DNA of 64,000 bases. Origin: an uncultured Acetobacteraceae bacterium. GTDB taxonomy: Bacteria; Pseudomonadota; Alphaproteobacteria; Acetobacterales; Acetobacteraceae. The stretch lies in assembly GCA_964242215.1 (NCBI GenBank), contig CAXTCJ010000016.1, positions 1,922 through 65,921 of the forward strand, read 5' to 3'. A program made the position numbers and the translations under genes. Shown one piece after another: positions 57,987-64,000 of the stretch (position 1 is the first letter of the stretch; the number at the start of each line of letters is the position of its first letter). Below the pieces are notes generated by a model. That model did no database searches, was not told the DNA's origin, and saw only the letters and a program-made list of their open reading frames with translations.

Positions 57987-59525
57987 TTACCAGGCGAAGG
58001 ACGTGCCGAAAGCGAGCACCGACTGGTCTAGCTTGTTGTGCTGGTCGGTCGTCGAACCCGAGCCCACGTTCGCAGCACCCGTGACGAAGTTGAAGCCGCG
58101 CTGATGCGCCTCCATCCAGATGCCCGACAGATACAGCGCCACGCCCGGTGCCAGCGAGTAGGTCGCACCGACCGCGGCACCGGTGTCACGGCGTTGCCCG
58201 CCCGTGACCGCCCCGGTCAACGGTACGCCATACGTGGACTGGTTCGTGGCCGCCTGCTGGTTACCCTGATACCAGCTCTCGCTGAACGATCCGCCGACGA
58301 TGAGCGCGCCGAGCGTGTAGCTGATGGCGGCGTTGTAAGCGTTGGCGTCGGGCTGGCCATGGGTGACCAGGCCGCCGAAGCCGCCGCCGCCCGGCACGTT
58401 GTAGCGGCCGCGCTGGTAGTTGCCGCTGACCGTCAGCCCGCCATACGTGACCCCGAGGCCGAAGTCATAGACGCTCAGGTCCTCCATCTTGGAATGCTGC
58501 GGGTCGGTCGTGGACCCGACGACGCCGCTGTCGTGCACCCGGCCCGAACCATCGTACGACGCGGTGCCCACGACTCCGAACGAGCCGAACGTGCCGCGGT
58601 AGCGGGCCAGGCCTTCGTACGTGTCCTTGCGGCGGGCAACGTCACCGGTGCTGGTGGAGTTCAAAGCGTCGCAGCCGGGCGCCGCCGCGTTCGCGGCCGC
58701 CGTTGTGATCAGCGTGTTACCGGAGGCCGGGTTACCGGTACCACCGCAGCCAGAGTTGTCTTCACCGGAAGCAGCCGTGCTGGGTTCGTAGGAGACGCCG
58801 AAATCCACGCCGTAGAACTGCGGCGACAGATAGACGGCCTTTTCCGTCGAGTAGAGGTTGCCGACGTCGGCGAACGGATAGACGTAAGCGCCGCCATTGG
58901 CGAGGAAGCCCGGCAGGTCGCCGTTCAGGCCGCCGTCGTCGAAGTTTTCACCGGTGCCCGTCAGGAACAGGCTGGACGGCTGGTCGGACGAACCGAAGCG
59001 GACGCTACCCAAGTGGTCGCTACCGATGTAGCCCCACTCACGGCGGATATACAGCGCGCCACGGTCGCGGTCCGTGCTTGACACCGATCCATTCGTGCCG
59101 CCGCCGGCGCCGAATGCGTTATCCTGCCGGATCTCGAGCGAGGCGCCGTATTTCAGGCCGTTCGCGGCAACGCCGTCGAAGCCCGGGTAGATCCGGGCGT
59201 AGCCTTCGAACCCGTAGTTGGACAGCCGGTTGCTGCCCTGCTGGTTCGCACCACCCGCGGCGGCCGTCGCGCCGACGGCCGCACCGGTCGAGCTCGTGGT
59301 GCCATTCGCGCCGGTCACGCCGTAGTTCGTGGTCCGCAGCGCGCCCTGGTTCGCGACATAAGCGTATTCCCGGAAGCGGCCGTTGAGACGGACCGTTACT
59401 GTTCCCGGGGTGGGGTAAGCCTGGCCGTCGGTCGAGTTATCCGTCACCACTTGGGCGTCGGCATAGGCCGCTGCACCCATTGAGGCGCCGAGCGCGGCCA
59501 CAGTGGCCAGCAAGAGCTTGCGCAT
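57987..59525 (-). CDS. Outer-membrane porin
   Basis: Signal peptide MRKLLLATVAALG, Gly/Tyr-rich amphipathic strands, C-terminal aromatic (TSFAW). AGGAGG RBS. Confidence 0.88.
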   Translation of the reverse strand: MRKLLLATVAALGASMGAAAYADAQVVTDNSTDGQAYPTPGTVTVRLNGRFREYAYVANQGALRTTNYGVTGANGTTSSTGAAVGATAAAGGANQQGSNRLSNYGFEGYARIYPGFDGVAANGLKYGASLEIRQDNAFGAGGGTNGSVSSTDRDRGALYIRREWGYIGSDHLGSVRFGSSDQPSSLFLTGTGENFDDGGLNGDLPGFLANGGAYVYPFADVGNLYSTEKAVYLSPQFYGVDFGVSYEPSTAASGEDNSGCGGTGNPASGNTLITTAAANAAAPGCDALNSTSTGDVARRKDTYEGLARYRGTFGSFGVVGTASYDGSGRVHDSGVVGSTTDPQHSKMEDLSVYDFGLGVTYGGLTVSGNYQRGRYNVPGGGGFGGLVTHGQPDANAYNAAISYTLGALIVGGSFSESWYQGNQQAATNQSTYGVPLTGAVTGGQRRDTGAAVGATYSLAPGVALYLSGIWMEAHQRGFNFVTGAANVGSGSTTDQHNKLDQSVLAFGTSFAW

Positions 59526-59947
59526 TCAATCCTCCTGAGATCACCGGACAATCCGGCATAGAGTCCGAGCCCCGCCCCGTTGGTGAACCAAAGCCCGAGA
59601 CTGTCAGACCTGGCCAGACTATTGCCGGCCTGTTCACGTTTGCGCAATTGGTCGTGAGCACCACTGAACAGTAGAAACGGCACATTGTGATTTTAGTACC
59701 ACCTCAATGAGTAATAATTTCGAGTCATCACACAATACTGTTCATTCTTAATTTGCATAAATGTTATGTGTCTTAAGTTTTGGTAATGCTATATTTGTCT
59801 TGGAGGTGGTTTTGACCGCTAGTTTGTTGAACCATTTTCTGAAATGTAATACATTCTGTGACCGTTATTACCAAAAATCTGTTGTTCTAGACTTATAGCC
59901 GTAGTATCGGTCGGTTAGAGCGTTTCCCGTCTTTTGGAGACTCAGCC

Positions 59948-60901
59948 GTGGATCTCGTCAGTAATATTGATCTCAAGCAACTCAACATGTTTATGGAATT
60001 AGTTCGGAACGGCAACTTTGGAACAGCAGCGGCCCGCTTGGGCATCGGACAACCGAACCTAAGTCGCAAAATAAAACAGTTGGAAAACGAGTTAGGAGGA
60101 GCGCTCGTTACAAGACATTCCAAGGGAGCAGTTTTAACAAAAAAAGGTGCAGCACTTTACGGTATTACAGGTGATTACCTGAGATCGCTCAGTGACCTGA
60201 CTATATCCGACACCATAGCCACTCAGAGCAATCAGGTGGTCCTGGGTGTACCATGGACGTCCTCCTCTACGCTGATTCCGTTAATCTTTTCAGTAGTCAA
60301 GGACATCTATCCCGACCTGAACATCAGTTTTTTCGAGGGTTCCAGCGTAGAACTGGAGCAAGCAGTCGAGAGCGGCCACGTCGCCGCTGCATTGCTGTAC
60401 GATCCGCCAAAGACAGAAGGCACCACCAGCACCCCGATCATTGAGGAGGAGATGCTCGTTATTGCCCCTCCCGCGTGGGACTGGTCAGAGACGACGGCAC
60501 TGACTCTAAGGGATCTGACATCACTCCCCCTAGTGCTTCTCGGGCCGGATCACGCAGATCGGCGAAAGCTCGCGGAAGCTGAGAAACATCAGGGTATTCG
60601 GCTTGAGGCCGTGCTCGAGGTGAATAGCCCGTCGACACTTAAAGCCCTGGTCAACCGCGGCACGGGTTTCTCGGTGATGAGCGCGCTGAGCATAGACCGT
60701 GAGCTGGCGATTGGATCCCTACAAGCCCGACCTTTTGGACTGCCCACGCAGAAAACTAGACTTCACATCACCAGACGCTCTGGCGAGTTATCGACGACTT
60801 TGACGTCCATCATCGAGAGCGTCTCAGACACGGTCTCCAACTGCACCAAAAGCAATCCGAGGGTCAAAACGGTTGTGAAACGCGGGTTCGGTTTGGGATA
60901 A
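59948..60901 (+). CDS. LysR family transcriptional regulator (low GC)
   Basis: IDLKQL..F, GNF..AA.RLGIGQPNLSRKIKQLE.ELG HTH plus substrate-binding domain. GGAG RBS. Confidence 0.92.
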   Translation: MDLVSNIDLKQLNMFMELVRNGNFGTAAARLGIGQPNLSRKIKQLENELGGALVTRHSKGAVLTKKGAALYGITGDYLRSLSDLTISDTIATQSNQVVLGVPWTSSSTLIPLIFSVVKDIYPDLNISFFEGSSVELEQAVESGHVAAALLYDPPKTEGTTSTPIIEEEMLVIAPPAWDWSETTALTLRDLTSLPLVLLGPDHADRRKLAEAEKHQGIRLEAVLEVNSPSTLKALVNRGTGFSVMSALSIDRELAIGSLQARPFGLPTQKTRLHITRRSGELSTTLTSIIESVSDTVSNCTKSNPRVKTVVKRGFGLG

Positions 60902-60992
60902 GGCGTATTCATCGCGCTGCGTCGCACGGAATGCCTTGAAGATAGCGGGCCTGGCATAGATGCCAGGCACCCGCTGTCTCGCGCGACAACGC

Positions 60993-61068
60993 TGGTGCCC
61001 CGTACGGGATTCGAACCCGTGTTACAGCCTTGAAAGGGCCGTGTCCTAGGCCTCTAGACGAACGGGAC
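60993..61068 (-). tRNA. tRNA-Glu (anticodon UUC)
   Basis: Reverse complement GTCCCGTTCGTCTAGAGGCCTAGGACACGGCCCTTTCAAGGCTGTAACACGGGTTCGAATCCCGTACGGGGCACCA forms a 76-nt cloverleaf with TTCGAAT T-loop and encoded CCA. Confidence 0.97.
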
Positions 61069-61108
61069 AGGTTCGCGGCGCCTCATGTGCCTGGGCGGGC
61101 CCGGGTGG

Positions 61109-62893
61109 TCAAGTCATCGCGGCGGCGTCGCTCACAACAAAACAGGCGGTCGTGGCACCGTTCCACTCCTCGGCACGCACATGCCCGGCGAGGTGTAGCG
61201 GCGTGCCCGGCGTCGCAAGCGCCTGGCCGAGCGGCGTCTCCGCAGCACGGAAGAGCATCGCCTTCACACGGCCCTGGCCACCCTCCCCCTCAGCAATCAC
61301 CCGCAACGTGGCGCCGTCGCGGCCGATCCACTCCGCACGGACGACACGGGCGCGCGGCAAAGCTACAACCGGCTCCTCGTTGCCGGCGCCGAACGGGGAT
61401 AGGCGGGCGATCTGCTGGGCCAACTCCACCCCGGCGCCCGCGACCGACACCGTCGCCTCCACGGTGAGGTCCGGGGTGCGCGGCAAGGCGGCGGCGTGGG
61501 CCAGGCGGTCCTCCAGGAAGGCATGGAAATCGTCCATTCGGCTCACGGGCAGGCTGAACCCGGCGGCCATGGCGTGGCCGCCGCCGGTGGTCAACAATCC
61601 CTCGCGTCGCGCCGCCAGCACCGCGGCTCCCAGATCCACCCCCGTGACCGAGCGACCGGAACCGCGCACGATCCCCTCGGCCAAGGCGCCGGCGAGGGCG
61701 GGACGGTTCTGCCGCTGCTTGATGCGGCCGGCGATGATGCCCACAACGCCCGGGTGCCAGCCATCGCCGTGCACCAGCAGCACGGGGCGGCCCGCATCGG
61801 CCTGCGCATGGGCGTGGGCGTGGGCGGCATCGAGCACGGCGGCCTCGAGCTCCTGGCGGTCGCGGTTTACGGCGTCCAGCTTGGTCGCGAGCGCACGGGC
61901 CTCCACCGGGTCGTCGGTGAGCAGCAGGCGCAGGCCGAGGCCCGAATCGTCGATGCGACCGGCGGCGTTGATGCGGGGGCCCAGCGCCCAGCCGAGCGTG
62001 GCGGCGCTGAGGTGATCCTTCGCGGCGGCGACCTCCAGCAGGGCGGCGATGCCGGGCCGGTCGCGTCGGCCCATTACCTTCAGGCCCTGCGTGACCAGGG
62101 CGCGGTTGACCCCGACCAGGGGCATCACGTCACACACCGTGGCTAGGGCCACCAGGTCGAGCAGCGAGCGCAGGTCCGGCTCCGGCCGGGTGGCGAACCA
62201 GCCGGCGCGGCGCAGGGTCCGCACGGTGGCGACGGCCGCCAAGAAGGCGACGGCGGCGGCACACAGGCCGTGTAGGCCCGAGCCGTCATCCAGCCGGTTG
62301 GGGTTCACGGTGGCGAACACCGGCGGGGGTGGCCCCTCGGCCTTGTGGTGGTCGAGCACCAGTACGTCGGCCAGTCCCTCGAGGGCGGCGAGCGGCCCGG
62401 CGGCGGCGGTGCCGCAATCCACGCACACCACCAGGGTGGCGCCCTGGGCCGCCAGGGCGTGCAAGGCGGGAGCGTTGGGGCCGTACCCCTCCAGGAGCCG
62501 GTCCGGCACGTGGGTGAGCACCGGACAGCCGAAGCCGCGGAGCAGCAAGGTGATCACGGCGGCGGAGCAGGCGCCGTCCACGTCGTAGTCGCCGAACACC
62601 GCCACGGTCTCGCCGGTTTGGATCGCGTGCGCGAGGCGGGAGGCGGCGGTGTCCATGTCGGTCAGAATCGACGGGTCGGGCAGCAGGGCGCGCAGCGTGG
62701 GGCTGAGGAAATCGGCGGCGTCGTCCGCGCCGATGTTGCGGGCGGCTAGCAGGCGGCCGACGACTTCGGACACGCCGGTGCGCTGGGCAAGCATCAGGGC
62801 GGTGCGTTCTTCGCCACCGCGCCAGACCCAGCGGCGGCCGGTGACGCTGCGGGTGACGCCGAGGGCGGGTGGGGTGGGGGTGATGGCGTTCAT
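61109..62893 (-). CDS. recJ: Single-stranded-DNA-specific exonuclease RecJ
   Basis: FGDYDVDG, PDR..EGYG, VDCG, LDHH, LATVCDV.PL...NR, PRINAAGR, GGGHAMAAG. Confidence 0.96.
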   Translation of the reverse strand: MNAITPTPPALGVTRSVTGRRWVWRGGEERTALMLAQRTGVSEVVGRLLAARNIGADDAADFLSPTLRALLPDPSILTDMDTAASRLAHAIQTGETVAVFGDYDVDGACSAAVITLLLRGFGCPVLTHVPDRLLEGYGPNAPALHALAAQGATLVVCVDCGTAAAGPLAALEGLADVLVLDHHKAEGPPPPVFATVNPNRLDDGSGLHGLCAAAVAFLAAVATVRTLRRAGWFATRPEPDLRSLLDLVALATVCDVMPLVGVNRALVTQGLKVMGRRDRPGIAALLEVAAAKDHLSAATLGWALGPRINAAGRIDDSGLGLRLLLTDDPVEARALATKLDAVNRDRQELEAAVLDAAHAHAHAQADAGRPVLLVHGDGWHPGVVGIIAGRIKQRQNRPALAGALAEGIVRGSGRSVTGVDLGAAVLAARREGLLTTGGGHAMAAGFSLPVSRMDDFHAFLEDRLAHAAALPRTPDLTVEATVSVAGAGVELAQQIARLSPFGAGNEEPVVALPRARVVRAEWIGRDGATLRVIAEGEGGQGRVKAMLFRAAETPLGQALATPGTPLHLAGHVRAEEWNGATTACFVVSDAAAMT

Positions 62894-62916
62894 GGGGCGG
62901 GGTTCGTGCGTGGACG

Positions 62917-63005
62917 CCCCTCACCCCGCCCTCCAGCGCCATTCCACTTGCTTCGCAAGCGGAACCTTGAGGCGCTTCCGCCCTCTCCCTTAAGGGAAGA
63001 GGGAG
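62917..63005. repeat. CCCCTCACCC...CCCTCTCCC-GGGAAGAGGG palindromic element with a nested hairpin
   Basis: Terminal hairpin 62981-63003, internal hairpin 62935-62976, and 8-bp direct repeat CCGCCCTC at 62926-62933 and 62978-62985. Confidence 0.65.
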
Positions 63006-63008
63006 AAC

Positions 63009-63992
63009 TTACTTGGGCTGCCAGGTCTTGGTCTCGAAGTTGTGGTGCGCTTCGACGTAGCGAACCGTGCCGGATTTCGACCGCATGACCAGGGAATGGG
63101 TGATCGCCCCGGTGCTGAAGCGGCGGACCCCTCGCAGCATCGGCCCCGTGGTAACGCCCGTGGCAGCGAACATTACGTCGCCCTTCGCCATCTCGGACAG
63201 GTCGTATTTCTTCTTCGGATCGGCCACGCCCATGTCGCGGGCGCGGGTGATCTGCCCGTCGTCCTCGAACAGCAGACGGCCCTGCATTTGGCCGCCGAGG
63301 CAGCGTAGGGCGGCGGCGGCGAGCACGCCTTCCGGGGCGCCACCGGAGCCGATGAAGATGTCGACGCCACTCTCCGCCTGGGCCGCCATGATCACGCCGG
63401 ATACGTCGCCGTCGCCGATCAGCATGATCCGTGCGCCAGCCTCGCGAGCCTTGGCGATCATCTCGGCGTGGCGGTCGCGGTCGAGCGTGCAGAGCACGAG
63501 CTCGCCGATGTCGATCTTCTTGGCAGCGGCCAGGTTGCGCAGGTTCTCGGCTACCGGCGCGTCCAGGTCCACCACGCCGGGGGGCAGGCCGCGGCCGACG
63601 GCGATCTTGTCCATGTAGATGTCGGGGGCATGGAGGAAATTGCCGGCCTCCGCCATCGCCACGGTCGCCATCGCGTTGGGCCCGCCCTTGGCGGTGATGG
63701 TGGTGCCCTCCAACGGGTCCACCGCGATGTCCATCGCCGGGCCGCCGCTGCCGACCTTCTCGCCGATATACAGCATCGGCGCCTCGTCCATCTCGCCCTC
63801 GCCGATCACCACCGTGCCGTCGATGGCGACGCTGTCGAAGGCGCGGCGCATGGCTTCCACCGCCGCCCCATCCGCCTCGTTCTTGTTGCCTCGGCCCATC
63901 CAGCGGCTCGCTGCGAGCGCACCGGCCTCGCTGACGCGGACGAGTTCGAGCGCCAGGTTACGGTCGAAGTTCACTTCTGGTCGGCTGTTCAT
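63009..63992 (-). CDS. glpX: Fructose-1,6-bisphosphatase class II
   Basis: VVIGEGE.DEAPMLYIGE, DIAVDPLEGT, YMDKI, DGDV, GGAPEGV, FAATGVT. Confidence 0.96.
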   Translation of the reverse strand: MNSRPEVNFDRNLALELVRVSEAGALAASRWMGRGNKNEADGAAVEAMRRAFDSVAIDGTVVIGEGEMDEAPMLYIGEKVGSGGPAMDIAVDPLEGTTITAKGGPNAMATVAMAEAGNFLHAPDIYMDKIAVGRGLPPGVVDLDAPVAENLRNLAAAKKIDIGELVLCTLDRDRHAEMIAKAREAGARIMLIGDGDVSGVIMAAQAESGVDIFIGSGGAPEGVLAAAALRCLGGQMQGRLLFEDDGQITRARDMGVADPKKKYDLSEMAKGDVMFAATGVTTGPMLRGVRRFSTGAITHSLVMRSKSGTVRYVEAHHNFETKTWQPK

Positions 63993-64000
63993 GGCGTGTC

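Noticed and set aside
60902-61068. Prophage or ICE integrated at tRNA-Glu
   Set aside because: No integrase, phage or conjugation genes, and I did not see a duplicated tRNA 3' end (visual check only).

Overview
High-GC alphaproteobacterial chromosome segment. The porin N-terminus and the glpX-recJ-tRNA-Glu synteny suggest Acetobacteraceae/Rhodospirillales (inference). About 60 CDS, mostly accessory transport and catabolism. (i) A TRAP transporter with a D-2-hydroxyacid dehydrogenase. (ii) A lower-GC module: a photoactive-yellow-protein (PYP) homolog retaining Y42/E46/C69, coupled to a PAS-PAS-GGDEF diguanylate cyclase, with a divergent EAL phosphodiesterase. (iii) A sugar-acid region: IlvD/Edd dehydratase, DHDPS-family lyase, OtnI-like/OtnK/OtnC, an FMN 2-hydroxy-acid dehydrogenase, a one-Cys racemase-fold protein, a signal-less ModA-fold protein, a LacI regulator with two identical operators, and Udh-lactonase-MFS. 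(iv) rhlE and a renalase-like gene. (v) A YfiR/DUF4154 - TonB-dependent receptor - chemoreceptor cassette whose MCP has an atypical signalling tip. (vi) A CoA-dependent catabolic operon with a LIV-type ABC transporter and paired acyl-CoA dehydrogenases. (vii) ModA plus fused ModBC, an SDR/AKR cluster, msrC, XylX-like and xylB. (viii) Porin, a low-GC LysR, tRNA-Glu(UUC), recJ and glpX. Several REP-like intergenic palindromes and one small lipoprotein ORF missed by the ORF track were found. No CRISPR array, integrase, transposase or rRNA was seen. The best candidates for undescribed systems are the PYP-DGC/EAL module, the YfiR-TBDR-MCP cassette and the variant oxo-tetronate regulon. All family calls come from motif recognition by eye, not from database searches.
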